A DNA stretch of 64,000 nt from contig OX597815.1 in NCBI GenBank assembly GCA_951406725.2, positions 80,290,001 through 80,354,000 on the forward strand, written 5' to 3'. Positions within the stretch are counted from its first letter, which is position 1, and each line of letters opens with the position of its first letter. A program made the position numbers and the translations under genes. Source of the DNA: Octopus vulgaris. Its lineage: Eukaryota. Shown one piece after another: positions 27,705 to 42,402 of the stretch. Below the pieces are notes generated by a model, which saw nothing but the letters and a program-made list of their open reading frames with translations, did no database searches and was not told the DNA's origin.

Positions 27705-28512
27705 GTAGTGACAGTCGTGTTCCACAATTGACAGCTGTCCATCATTAACCTCTATCTTTAAACTCCATCCTCTCAACACCTCAAAATTCTTCCTTGGATG
27801 ATGGAATCAAGTTACAATCATTATTTTGGACCACCAAATCCCCAGAAACAGCCCCCAGAAACAGACTCGTAAAACTCTTATTCAACCTCTTTAATTCCTA
27901 ATATCTCTATTCTATGTGAGGCGGACTTTTTTATATGCCTACATATGTACATTTTTTGTATTAAATGTATTTAATATTTTTTGCATATCGACTTGCCTAA
28001 CTTGCTTGTCTTTACATTTCCTCCTATATATGTGTATATAATGCATGCAGATCAAAGAGTGGCTTGAAAATCATAGTAAAGTTCATGGAGCTGTTAACTA
28101 TACTACCAAGTTTTCTTGCATCAGTTGTCATATAAGGTCTTTGGCAGGCCTCATATGGCATATCGTGCAGCTCATCGATGATATTCTAGGGCATAAAGAA
28201 ATCAGGCAATGGCTTAACTCGAAATCGAGTTGCCAACCATCATCATGTATTTATGTATGTATGTGAGTATGTCTTTGTGTCAGTATTTACTCACCACCAC
28301 CACTACCACTTGACAACTTAGCAGTTCGAAAAAAGGGATCGATAGAATAAGTACCTGGTTTTAAAATGAAAAAAAGTACTGGTTCCTATTCACTTGAGTA
28401 AAAATTTTTCAAGGCGATCTCCCAGCATGGCCTCAGTCTAATGACTTAAACAAGTAAAAGATAAAATTTAAGAAGAATCATCTCATAAAAGCAGAGGAAT
28501 TGAAAGATTACT

Positions 28513-29170
28513 TTTCTAGTCTAGGTACAAGGCACGAAATTTTGGGGGAGGGGACAGTCGATTAGACCGACTTCATTACACAACTAGTGCTTAATTTATC
28601 GACCCCGAGAAGATAAAAGGCAAAGTCGACCCCGGCGAAATTTGAACTCAGAACGTCAGACGAAATACCTATTTCTTTACTACCCACAAGGGGCTAAACA
28701 CAGCAGGGACAAACAAGGACAGACAAATGGATTAAGTCGATTGTATCGTCCCCAGTGCGCAACTGGTACTTATTTAATCGACCCCGAAAGGATGAAAGGC
28801 AAAGTCGATCTCGGCGGAATTTGAACTCAGAACGTAACGGCAGGCGAAAATACCGCTAAGCATTTCACCCGGCGTGCTAACGATTCTGCCAGCTCGCCGC
28901 ATTCTTGAAGATTTATTACGCTACAACATTTGGCCTTTTTCTTTTCTTATTTTCTTCTTTTCTACTCTAGGCACAAGGGCCGAACATTTTTTTGGAAGGG
29001 TAGTCGATTAGATCGACCCCAGTACGCAACTGGTAATTAATTTATCGACCCCGAAAGGATAATAGACAAAGTCTAATTCCTCGGCGGAATTTGAACTCAG
29101 AACGTAAGACAGACGAAATATCACTAAGCATTATGCCCGGCGTGCTAACGTTTCTGCCAGCTCGCCGCCT
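28513..29170 (-). mobile_element. Cluster of SINE family A copies (nested pair 28513-28900 and single copy 28960-29170)
   Basis: Family A cores; the long-tail copy joins the outer copy at GACGAAATAC (~28660-28668). Confidence 0.85.
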
Positions 29171-29374
29171 TTTGAAAGATCTTTTATGCTACAACTTTTG
29201 GCCTTTCTTTTCTTATCTTTTTTTTTTTCCTTGCCAAGTTGTATACCGTCACGTAAACGAATTTTTAGTTAGTGTGTAAAAATCTCAACTTGTGATATAA
29301 TGCTTTTCGAATTAATTATTATAGCGTTTATCTGTTTATTAAGAGATGGGTAAATGCAATGATCTAGAATGATA

Positions 29375-29587
29375 AGGCGGCTAGCTGGCAGAAACGATAG
29401 CACGCCGGGCGAAATGCTTGGCGGCATTTCGTCTGTCTTTACTTTATGAGTTCAAATTCCGCTGAGGTCGACGTTGCCTTTCATCCTTTCAGGGTCGATA
29501 AGTTAACTACCAGTTGCGTACGGAGGTCGAGCTAATAGACTGGCCCCTCCCCCCAAATTTCGGGCCTTGTGCCTAGAGTAGAAAAGG
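29375..29587 (+). mobile_element. SINE family A, full length (short-tail type)
   Basis: Head, core and ...gggccttgtgcctagagtagaaaag tail; TAGAATGATAAG repeated on both sides. A 5'-truncated copy lies at 33250-33408. Confidence 0.85.
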
Positions 29588-29744
29588 ATATATATAGAAT
29601 GATAAGTTACACAATATACATTTTCCAAACTTCGTGTGCCATTTCATTATAACAGAAAAATATAAATGCGCGCGCGCACACACATACATATATGTATATG
29701 TATATATATATATATGCACGTATACATGTATGTATCTCTCTCTC

Positions 29745-29798
<54 letters not shown>

Positions 29799-32700
29799 TA
29801 TACGTGTGTGTATGTATATATAAAGAAGGGAGAAAGAAAGTGAGAGAGAAAGAGAGGAGAGGGTGAGGAAGATCACGCAAGTGATTGTATTAGGGAGAAA
29901 GTGAGGTGGAGTCAGTATCGCAATTACCTATTGTTAAGTATCTATATTAGTAGAGTTTGCAAAAGGTAATTATTTTCTGCCTCGTAAAGTGGACTACCAC
30001 GTTGTTAGTTAGAGTAATGGATACAAAAGACAGTCACAACGGTAAATTAAACGTGAGATCAACGGTCAAGAATTTCAAATTCAGTGGTAACTTCATCGCC
30101 AATAACAAAACATCATTTCAATAATTTTTATAGGCAATAAAACGGCAGTAACAGACTCCCCTAACAACGATTTCATAGTGGGCTGTCTAGAGACTTTCAG
30201 AAACCTAGGAAGTTTATTGTTTCAAGATATAAAGGGCTAATATCGAAACAGACAATGTAAAAAATATAACTGGGGAGTAGTTAAGTTTCTTACAATACAC
30301 TTATGTAAAAGTCGCTTATATACACACGTGTGAGTGAGTGTGCGCGTATGAGTATGTGTGTCTGTGTGTGTGTACGTGTGAGTGTGGGTATGCATGTGTA
30401 TACATATATGAATATCTTTGTCCCTCCGCCTGTCTCTGCCTGTCTATCTTTCTTTCTCAATCTCTCTCACCTTCTCTGCTTATTTTATGTTTATATATAT
30501 ATATGTGTGTGTATGATGTGTGTGAGAGAGAAAGAGGGCGAGAGAGAGAGAGTGTTTGTGCATGTGTGTGAGTCATATATACAGACATACATATATACAT
30601 ACATATATGCGTACTGAAAGGGAATTTGCTGATGATTATATTGATAATGGCGCTCGATGTAATTTTTTGTTTTCATAATGGTTTGTTAATGCAGAGCACT
30701 AAGTATTTAGCACAAATAATAAACCTCATAGAAAACTAAGTCAAATGTTGGTAGTCCGTTTTAAAAATGAGTGTTTTGACAGAGAGTAAAAATGGCTTGA
30801 ATGCAACATCTTCCAGTGAAAGGAATGTAGAAAACTTGATCATTTCTTTTTCTTGCCATAGAGGACACAGTTGCAATAGTTTAAAATGATAGCAGCAATA
30901 ATAACAAGAACTACATCAACAAAACAACTTCAATACGTTAAGACCTTGTACTCGCTCATTGACCGCTTAGATATTAGAAACAAAATTCTTTCCGATCACA
31001 TCCTGTACCCTTTAAAAGAATGACAATGTAGTTAACTGCGAGGATGACTTTGCTCATAGTACTGCTCGATCAAAGTTGACTAGGGCTAGACAACAGAAAT
31101 GCCAATATTAAAAATAACAAAAACATTTGCCACATGAAAGAACTAGATATTATTTATTGAGGGAAACAAAGGATCACATCAAAAAGGAAATTATAATTGT
31201 GCATAATTTTCGAATTGATTCTATCCAATATGAAGTTTTTTGAAACTAAGGAAAAAAAGAGAAAAGAATAGAAATTAATGACCTCAAAATTAGAAACACT
31301 ACCAATTTTCGAAATGTTCCAAACTAGAAATTTGAAAGACAAAGTTCTTGGAATTCGGGGTGACCTGTACAACTGTTAGCAACATTGATAATAGATTATA
31401 ATGAAGTAAAAAGAAAGCCGATAAACTATTTGACATTTCAATAATAGTCTATTTTAAATACTTTCAGCCAACGAACAGCAATAGATTGTAAACAGACAGC
31501 TTAACGGTTTCATGTAGCATGAAAGAACATGTAGTTTTGAAAAAAACTATACGATATATTAGGAATAAGACTTGAAAATTACCATTAGCTCTCATAATTT
31601 TTTTAGATATAACACAAAATTTGACAACTAACATTTCACGAGGGTACAATAGGCATATTGACAAATTCTACCCATTTCTCAAGTATCTCGAGGAACAGCA
31701 TAGATGGCATAGGAGAGTTCTGAATAGAGCTGTGACAGTGATATTTTCATTGATATTGCCTACTTTCATTATAAGGCACTATCAAAATGTCATTTAAGTG
31801 AGAATTAAGTATATAAGGAACATCTCCCACAAAATAGTACAACCAAGTAGCAAAACAGAATTTGGTTCAACTCACCTCACAGCAGGGAAGTAACCACCAA
31901 CATAGTCAGAAATCACACGACCTGTTATGTAAACATACCAACGATACGTAACTACCTGAAGCTATTTAACTGTAATAATATTCAGGTTACTAATATGCTT
32001 GCTTCGATAACATCCTTTTCCAGATTTCACATCACAATTTCAGACGCACACTAACTCCAACAACGAGTTTGCAACTATAGAACAGTTTAAAACTAAAGTG
32101 TTTTACCATTCCAATGCATATTTCAAAGGACAGCTACAAGTTAAAGTAAAACCGGATTGATTGCGCATTATTTTAAATTCCTCAAAATAATATTATTTTT
32201 CTTTCAACATAACTAGAAATTAACGGGCAATGGTGTCGTGAACGGACATCTTCATATACCAATGTGACAGTGAGATAAACTGAGTGTCTATTTGAGGAAT
32301 TCCATATTCTGACACGAATGACTTCCCAGTTCGTTAATGAAGAAATTTGATATTTTGGTTTTTAGCAGCTAGGAATATAATTCTTATAAGAAGCCTTCCA
32401 GATCAGATGTAATACGCCATCCAGCTGCTGTTACTCCCTTTCCCTACTGTCGACACTTGTTGTTCCATAGATATTCTACCAAAAACATAATAAACTAATA
32501 CCAAACACTCTTCCTAATACACGATGCAGTTCTCCTGACCGCTTTTGACCAAAAAGTATTGACGAATTTGGTGTTTTTCGAAAGCCAATAATTTGTCTTT
32601 CTCATTATTTTGCCGGCTTATGGCGAAATCTCTGAGGAGCGACGGAGTGAACCAACAGCTTCTGAATAAACTATACAAGATATATCCTGAACTGTTTCCG

Positions 32701-33996
32701 TTTCCTTGTTTTTACTGCTAAATGTATGCATGTGTGTGCGTATATGTACACAACACATTCGCAAGTAGATACAAATGTTAAAAACATAATCAAACAAAGA
32801 AGTACGCATGAAAATTAAGTAACACCAATGAAGATATATCTAAGTGAAGAAAATAATTGATGAATTGACAGTTGATATTAGTTACATCTTTGTCTGAGAG
32901 AAATGACAGAGTCAGCTAGAATCCGTGTCTAGCTAGAAATATGTACGCATAATTGTCTACACACACATTTATATGCATTCATAAATAAATATATGAATCT
33001 TAAGAACATATATATATATGTACGACTGTCTAGCCAATGAGAAATATCAGTTTCCTGCTTAGAGACAAGGCTATTTGGAATTTAGAGAACAACAACAGCG
33101 TAGTCTTGTATGTATGTATGTATGTATGTATGTATGTATGTATGTATGTATGTATGTATGTATGTATGTATGTATGTATGTATGTATGTATGTATGTATG
33201 CATGCATGTATATATATATATATATATATGCTCTCTTCTGTTTTTCATTATTTCGTCTGTCTTTACATTCCGAGTTCAAATTCCGCCGAAGTCGACTTTG
33301 CTTTCATCCTTTCGGAGTCGATGAATTAAGTTGCGTACTGTGGTCGATCTAATCAACTAGGCCCTTCCCCAAAAATCTTTGGCCTTATTCCTAGAGTAGA
33401 AAAGAATATTAGACTATTTTGTACAGTCAAGGTTTATGGCGAAAACTTATAATTATATTTTTGAAAATGTATCCCTCGTCTCCGATTCTTAATGTACGTA
33501 GAGTACGTACACGTTTACACACTCCTATGAAACCATGATTCCTAAATTCGCTTCTACTCTAGGCACAAGGTCCAAAATTTTGGGAGAGGGAACCAGTCGA
33601 TTAGATCGAACGCAGTACGCAACAGGTACTTAATTTATCGAACCCGAAAGGATGAAATGCAAAGTCGACCTCGGCATAATTTGAACTCACAACGTAAAGA
33701 CAGACGAAATACCAATTTTTTATTGCCCACCGGGGGCCATAGAAATGGACAGAACAATTGATGGGATCAGTGAAGCGATATGATTTTTTATATAATATGA
33801 CTTTAAAAATTTAAATACAATATATAAAAAAATCGAATGGAATTAACAATACAAAGACAATACAAATGAAGCGATGATCAGGTCACGCTCCGACCCCACA
33901 AGCCCCGATCTACCGCTGGTACCTTTTTTTCCCTTTATTTTCTGTCTATTGACACGGTTCCTTGCACGCACAACACTCGCGCAACCCGGTTTCTTT

Positions 33997-34215
33997 TTAG
34001 TAGGACCAACACCCCACCCCACCTCCCGCCCAACTCGGAGAAACGTATTTCTCGTAGCCGTTCAGGAAGAGGAGCAGATCTCTTGACCCCTTCACCCAGG
34101 TTTCCGTTGCAACAATTGCATCCAAATTTCTCGACCTGATGTCATTTAGGAAGCGCTCTTGCTTCCCACTCGACATCAGGCCACGAACATTTACACAACC
34201 AATGTGAATAGACAT
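33997..34215 (-). pseudogene. N-terminus of LINE ORF2 AP-endonuclease, truncated
   Basis: MSIHIGCVNVRGL...DAIVATETW...GGGV, matching the NVRGL, D..QET and GV motifs of APE. Confidence 0.85.
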
Positions 34216-34639
34216 GACTTACCTGTTAATCAGGATTGTCCGGTGGAGAGGGACCCTCCACCTTTTTTTGATACAGAGTCGGAGGTGGACGGTCTTGGGA
34301 AATAGATTTGTCAAAATCCCGTCTCACTACCGAAACAGAATTATCAGGTGGAGGGGAGTCTCCACCTTTTCCTTTTCTCGCGGGATCGGGGCTGGTAATC
34401 CATGAAATATAGAATTATTAAAGTCTAATCTCATTGATGATACTGTCTTACGGTGTTTGTTTTGTAAAATTCTATGAGTCTTATTTGAGACTTCATACAT
34501 GTCATAGTTGGTAAATTTCTCTGAAAGGTTATCTATTTTTTTTGCAGTCTTAATCAATTGAATGTGTCTCATTAGCTCAGTATCTTTAGTGTATACGGCT
34601 ATTATGCCGTTTTCCTCTTTTTCTCTTCTGGCAGTCTTT

Positions 34640-35770
34640 TTTAGTCGTTATTCTGTTGTAGTCGCCGCTCTCGGTTGAGTTACTGATTGTATTTTCCTTT
34701 TGTTTGTTGTTTTCTTCTCGTCTTTGTCTTCTTCTTCTTCCTCCTCTTTTTCTTTTTTCTCCTCTTCTCCCTCTTCCTCATTTTCCTTGCTGTTCCTTCG
34801 AATGTGGCCTAATTGACCACATAAAAACATCAGGGTTTTCGGCCCTTAACAAACACCATGAGGTCCTCCTCCCCTATTTCAATTTTCTCGGGTATTGCTT
34901 GAATTATTTTAGGGTCAGTTTGAATAAGGAGATTGACTGTTTGACCAGTCCAGTTAGCATTTTCGGTAGCGGTAACCTGGAGGAGAGTAATTTTCTCTTC
35001 CTCTTTAATCTGGACTGCCGCCAACAACCACATAGGATCCTCTTCCGGTGGGACCCTTGTGATTTTAATCCTCGACGTTCTCATCCCCATATGGGTGGGG
35101 ATGAGCTCCCCGTCTTCTATTTTCAACGTTTCTACCGAATGCTTCTGCACAATTTCTTTGTTGGTAAACCTTACTTCCACCGTTCCGAATTTCCTGCCTC
35201 TTGTCAGATAAACCACGTCGCACCAGATTGGTTTCAGGCACTTCTCTACCTTCTCTTCTGTAATTTTTTCAATTTTTCTTTTTTGCAAAAAGTAAGTTTT
35301 GAAAATTATTGTTTTGTGTTTTTCTTCTAGTAGTAATTTCTCCGGTGGTTGAATTTTTACCACGCTGTCATTTATTTGCATCATTTCACTGTATTTCATG
35401 AAATCACACTTATTCGTTGAAAGCAGCCGGGTTCCACCCCCACCTGCCAACGCAAAACTTTTTTTTGGGGTTGTTCAGTTTGGATGCTAGGTACATCAAT
35501 TATTCTTTTAGACACAATACTTTTGTTTTTTGGCAAACTCGGGAATTCTTCTAGTGAAAGTTCTGACGAGCTTTCAGACACATCTCCAAATAACTCATAC
35601 ATTTTGTCATTCTTTTTTGCAACGGGGGAATCCATTATTTCTTTGTTCGTAGTTGGCTCCTCGCCTGACAACATGTAATTCTTCTTTTCAACAGGAGAAA
35701 CAAATATTTCTGTTCTAACGGTAGGCTCCTCGCTAGACGATATTCTTCCCCCCAACGGGGAAATGAGCAA
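34640..35770 (-). pseudogene. Tx1-type ORF1 (RRM-like region plus CCHC zinc knuckle), frameshifted
   Basis: ORFs 35396-35770 and 34830-35450 (YLTRGRKFGTVEVRF...RIKITRVPPE...VFVKGRKP) continue into a degenerate CFLCGQLGHIRRN(S) knuckle and a charged tail. Confidence 0.75.
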
Positions 35771-36065
35771 CGCATGCTACTACAAGCACTTAGTGTTTTC
35801 AAATGAAAACTCCAACAGTTAATTCAGCAATTTAACAAGAAACAACAGTTGTAAGAAACAGCAGTTATTAACAATATTAAGACCAAGATACAACAATTTT
35901 CACTACGAACACATGTACGACGTGTAAGAAACAAAAGAGACAGACGAAATACATATTTCTTTACTACCCACAAGGGACTAAACACAGAGAGGACAAACAA
36001 GGACAGACAAACGGATTAAGTCGATTATATCGACCCCAGTGCGTCACTGGTACTTATTTAATCGA

Positions 36066-36296
36066 AGGCGGCGAGGTGGCAGAAACGTTAGCACGCCGGG
36101 CGAAGTGCTTAGCGGTATTTCGTCTGTCGCTACGTTCTGAGTTCAAATTCCGCCGAGGTCGACTTTGCCTTTCATCCTTTCGGGGTCGATTAAATAAGTA
36201 GCAGTTACGCACTGGGGTCGATATAATCGACTTAATCCTTTGTCTGTCCTTGTTTGTCCTCTCTGTGTTTAGCCCTTTGTGGGTAGTAAAGAAATA
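36066..36296 (+). mobile_element. Full-length long-tail SINE A inserted antisense into another SINE A
   Basis: 17-bp TSD GGTACTTATTTAATCGA at 36049-36065 and 36297-36313. Confidence 0.9.
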
Positions 36297-36947
36297 GGTA
36301 CTTATTTAATCGACCCCGAAAGGATGAAATGCAAAGTCGACCTCGGCGGGATTTGAACTCAGAACGTAGCAGCAGACGAAATACCTATTTCTTTACAACC
36401 CACAAGGGGCTACACACAGAGAGGCAGACGAAATACGGCTACGCATTTCGCCCGGCGTGCTAACGTTTCTGCCAGCTAGCCGCCTTCATGATTCCTAAAT
36501 TCAGTGGGTAAATATGGTTGTGTATATTTTAGTTATCAGTTGCACGCTTATTGACGATATAAGAGGTGTGAGTTCGATTCTCACGTGTACTAAAACCCAT
36601 ATTTTTTTGTCGCGGGGCTTATATTTCCCAATGTTAGATAATTATCTTTAATTAATGTTTACAGCGAAAACAATCATATTTGCGAACAATCTTTGGAGTA
36701 GTCAATCTTTTAAATAACTCATTCACCGAGCAGGTAGTTGATCTAAGCTAACTGATCGAAATGGAAATGTCATCTTTAAAATCGATGGAGCATCTACTCT
36801 GTTTATCGCTTTCACTCCCTCTCCCCTCTCCCTTCAGCAGTCTTTCTATCCAAACACAGACGCCAAGCATTGTTTGCTGTATATTTTATTTATTTGTTCT
36901 TTGTCGTCGTAAACGCTAGAAAACGTATCTAGTTATTGTTATAGAAG

Positions 36948-37050
<103 letters not shown>

Positions 37051-37761
37051 TGTGTGTGTATTATATAGTAAATATATGTGTCTATGTACACACATATTCA
37101 TCCCATATATATATATATGTGTATGTTATATACATACATACACGCACACATATATATATATGTTTATGTTAGTGTAGCTTTATAAGAATTCGAGAGTTTG
37201 TATTACTGTGTGAGCGTTTGTGTGAGTGTGTGACGATATACTGTGTTTCATGTGAAACTAATGAAGAGAAATTTACGATGTGATACTGATATTATTGTTA
37301 TTGTTTTATTCCACGACTTTAGTTTTCACCCACTTCTTTAATAAACGTCATATGTCGACTTGAAAAATATCTTCCTTGACAGCTGCCATATTCTGTTGAT
37401 CATATTAAGAAAATTAACATAAATATACATAATGGCTCAGATAAAAATGACACACACACGCACACAATTATATATATATATATATAAATACTAATGTAAC
37501 TTGCTAAACCTATATGGTTATTTTTTGGCTTCTCTTTTAATACCACTTATCGGTATTCTAATAGTTATGATGTTTTATAAGTATTACAGACATATTATAT
37601 TATATTATTTTATTCAGTATCTGTATTTGTTTTGTGTAGTAATTTTTGATACTGTTAAGGAAAAGAATCAACACTAACTACTAAATTACTTATATTGCTG
37701 AGAATTGGATTCAGATAATGCAATAACAAAATATATGTGTGAACATACAATGTTTGCCATA

Positions 37762-37851
<90 letters not shown>

Positions 37852-37869
37852 GTGTATATATATATATAT

Positions 37870-38415
<546 letters not shown>

Positions 38416-38467
38416 ATATATACACATATATATATGTATATATACATATATATGTATATATATACAT

Positions 38468-38518
<51 letters not shown>

Positions 38519-38561
38519 ATATATATATATACATATTTATATACAGTATCGATTCACATGC

Positions 38562-38607
<46 letters not shown>

Positions 38608-38618
38608 TTATATATGTA

Positions 38619-38655
<37 letters not shown>

Positions 38656-39483
38656 ACACATATATGGATGTGTGCGTATATATAAGTATACATACGCACA
38701 CACATAGATACAGTCAGAAACACACACATGCAAGCATGAACTCACACGCGAATATATGGCGTCTATGATGACATCTATCTATTTAAACTGTATTGATTCT
38801 CAGTCAGCTCCTGAAGACAGATGAAGGTTTTCCTGACAGTCAATTTATTTCACAAATATCTATCTAAACGTAGTTCCTTTATTTCTTTTTGTCTTTCAAA
38901 GGGTCTGAGAAAATAATCTCATTAGTTTCTCACCACCCTCATCACTACGATTTGGTTGATATAACTAGGTTACAATGGTACAGCTGATGTTGTTTTGAGC
39001 TGTTACAAGAAATCATTGTCAAAGTAAGAATTTCAGAAGAATGATGCATTTTAGTGCCATGAAAGACTTGATGACGTATTTAGTCTCGCATTAGAATGCT
39101 GTGAATATGACTTCTTTCTAGGCCTTTTAATTACTGTCATTATTATTGTTACTCAGGGAGGTGGATTACCAGAATTGTGAGGGTGTCGGAGAAAATGTTT
39201 TGCGGTTTTTGTTCCGGCTCTTTTAAGTTCAAATCTCACTGGGATCGACTTTGCTATTTATCTTCTCAGGGTGGATAAAATAAAGTATCAGTCAAGTATT
39301 AGACTAACCCCATACCCTTAAAATTGCTAGCTGCTCGCGAAATATATAAAAACATATCAATATATGATAATTACAAGGATTTACTGTCGCGTTCTTAACT
39401 TCAACATAATCAAATCTCAAATATTTTAATGATTATGTGTTTTTCTTTTCTTCCTTTTAAATTCAAAATTCATCAATTTAGAG

Positions 39484-39824
39484 TAGTGGTTCTCAGCCGG
39501 GTCCACATAGCCCCTGGGTGGGGGTCCATGTAAAATGTTGGGTGTCCATTCTAGCAAAAATAGTAAGTTGGGGCTCCATAGTACTATTTTAAAGGTCCAC
39601 GAAAAGTTTTGATTTAAATATATGTATTGCAAGAAAAAGCTTGGTTTCTCTCTCTAACATTTTACACAGTTCAACCTATGCAAATGAATGAGTGAGCAAA
39701 ATAGGAATTATGAAAGAAGCCTTTATAAAATTACTTTTTAAACATCGAAAGGTTATGGGGGGGGTCCACCAGAGTAAAAATAGTAACCAAAGGGCTCCAT
39801 AGATATAAAATTGCTTAGAACCAC
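39484..39824. mobile_element. hAT/Charlie-like MITE
   Basis: TAGTGGTTCTCAGC...GCTTAGAACCACAG termini with repeated GGGGTCCA subterminal motifs. Confidence 0.6.
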
Positions 39825-41858
39825 AGATTTAGAAGCTTATCTGAGTTGTTTTAGGTCTTCTAATTATGATTGCTATTGGTCTAGCTTTTTCGATACCTTG
39901 AGAACCGCTGACAACCAAATATTAGTTTATACGTCCTACATACAGACACAGATACACGCACGTACTCAATCGAACACGCATAAAGAAACACACACATACA
40001 CATGTACACATGCATACCATACACACACGTACACACACATACCATACACACGCGTATATTGACTTTCAGTTAGATTCGGCTGTGGGATAATCATCTGGTG
40101 CAATTCACTGTTGAAAGTAGTGCCGTTTTTATGAAATCCACGTTTTCTTTTTTCTGGACTAACAGTATTCAGTATGATTACTATTTGGATTGAAAGAAGA
40201 TTTACGTACGAAAGAGTAATGTCTTATCCAAGAACAGATTATACTATACTTTTAGCCTTACGCAAAACAGACTGGGTAAAAGTCTAATGCGTTTCAACAA
40301 GAATTAGGTTTAACGCAAATTGTATTATTTTAGAAACCCCATTATGCAAATTTTATCTTAAGTTAATACCGATTCAGTAGCGTTTAGAAAGACTTGCAAG
40401 GCTATGGATGTCTCTCCCGCTTTTTCTCTCTTTTCTCTCTTTCTTTTTTCTTTCTCTCTCCCTCCCTCCCTCCGCTCTCTCTCTCTCTCTCTCTCTCATA
40501 TTCATATAAATACATACAGATATATGTAATACATACATATGAAGAATCAATTCAATGAAGTCGTGAAAAAACATGCGCTTTATGCTTTAAATATACTGAG
40601 CAATAACAGTAGTGGGTAGGCGAAACGGCCATAGTAATTACGCTGTACTTCAGCCCTGATTGATTAAATCTATGGTAAATAGACTTAGGTGTTCCAACCA
40701 TGAACAAATCGTTTTTTACTTTTTATTTATTTATTTGTTTATTTTTGCACGCAAAATTTAAGTAGACATACATTATCGAATTTGTATTTCTTTTCTTCTT
40801 TAAGATGGCGTCATGGTACATTTGGCAGCGATTTCATAGTTATTTCTAATAGTTTGTTAGACCACAAACTGACATTCTCATTTATTCATTTCGAATCATG
40901 AGAATTTGCGCCATGCGTGAATTTAACGACAGTCAAAATCTCTCCACACTACATAATTATTACTTATACTCCGCCAATTGTCGCCGCAATAGTGAACAAA
41001 ATGGTTATTTAATGCGGTTTGAAAATGGTTTAGGATATCTATTTACAGGTATCTTTTGAGTAGGCTGTCTTTATACTCTTATTAATAGGAGATATTTGTT
41101 TTGAAGATAAGTGTATAATAGTTAAATCTGGATTGATTTTATATATGGTAGACATATTTCATATTCTTTCTATCTTTTAACGAAGAATCTCTTAGAGCAG
41201 CCACAAACGAAAGTTTGCACAGGTTAGTTCATAGTTCAACCGTTTAATTCAACGCTAGATTTCTAACTGAACTCTTGAACTGACAATAACCAATCCTTTA
41301 AACAGTAAGTCAACTTTGACAGTATCAACAAAAGTAAAAAGAAAAAAAAATAATAATAAAAACATCAAACAAGAAATTTAGTAAAATATCTTCAAAGAAA
41401 ATGAAATTGATTTTTAATGTTTAGTAATCATTCAAATTGAATTTCTCATTATCAAATATCGGATCAATGTTTGTTTTTAACTAATTAAATAAATGTTCAT
41501 TCTCTTTATTTCTCTTATTTTATTCCCTTCACTTCGACTCATTTTGCATTCAATATTTAGTTTCTAGCATATTTGTTTCTCGAACAAACAATACTTTGTC
41601 CCACTCCATATACCTTCCTTCCTGTTCTTTCTTTCTTGCTCTATTCTCTGTCTCTGTCTCTCTTTTTCTCTCTCGCACTTTCTCACATGCTGTGCATTCT
41701 TCACCTTCTCTATTAAAAACACTTTTACTCTTATGTTCTGTATCATTTACCGTTTTGTCCCATCTGTTCTTCAAACAACTCCATCTCTTTCTTTACACGT
41801 GTCTAATATATATGTGTTTATGTATATCCATATACATTCATGTGCATAGATATGTTTA

Positions 41859-41931
<73 letters not shown>

Positions 41932-41936
<5 letters not shown>

Positions 41937-42060
41937 TTGAATGATTAGCTGAATGAGATAGAAACTCTAAGAGAAGATTCTACGCGTGCGCATGGTAATT
42001 TATTGATTGCGTGCGTACAGACAGACAGAGACACACACATACATACATATATATATATAA

Positions 42061-42107
<47 letters not shown>

Positions 42108-42205
42108 CATATATAATATATGTGTGTGTATGAATATATATATATACACACACACACACATATATTATACATGTATATATATATGTATATATACATATAT
42201 ATACA

Positions 42206-42251
<46 letters not shown>

Positions 42252-42402
42252 CACACACACACATATATTATATATGTATATATATATGCATGTATGTGTG
42301 TCTGTCTGTCTGTCTGTACGCATGCAATCAATAAATTACCATGCGCACGCGTAGAATCTTCTCTTAGAGTTTCTATCTCATTCAGCTAATCATTCAAACA
42401 TT
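41932..42402. repeat. Near-perfect inverted duplication of unique flanking DNA
   Basis: 41932-~42040 is the reverse complement of ~42290-42402 with one substitution in the ~85-bp non-repetitive part; microsatellite-filled centre; left edge at (TA)n. Confidence 0.9.

Larger units (their letters stand above)
33713..35937 (-). mobile_element. Internally deleted Tx1/L1-clade non-LTR retrotransposon
   Basis: 5' UTR, gag-like ORF1, start of an APE ORF2, then directly a 3' UTR ending GCAATAAAAAA; 15-bp TSD AGACAGACGAAATAC at 33698-33712 and 35938-35952. Confidence 0.85.
33552..36486 (-). mobile_element. SINE A split by a stack of insertions (Tx1 element plus long-tail SINEs)
   Basis: 3' half 33552-33712 and 5' half 36424-36486; CAGACGAAATAC recurs at each junction (33701, 35941, 36373, 36425). 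Confidence 0.8.

Noticed and set aside
38805-38875. CTGAAGA-cagat...atct-AAACG as a hammerhead
   Set aside because: GAAA is incomplete and stems I/III cannot be formed; at best a heavily decayed copy.
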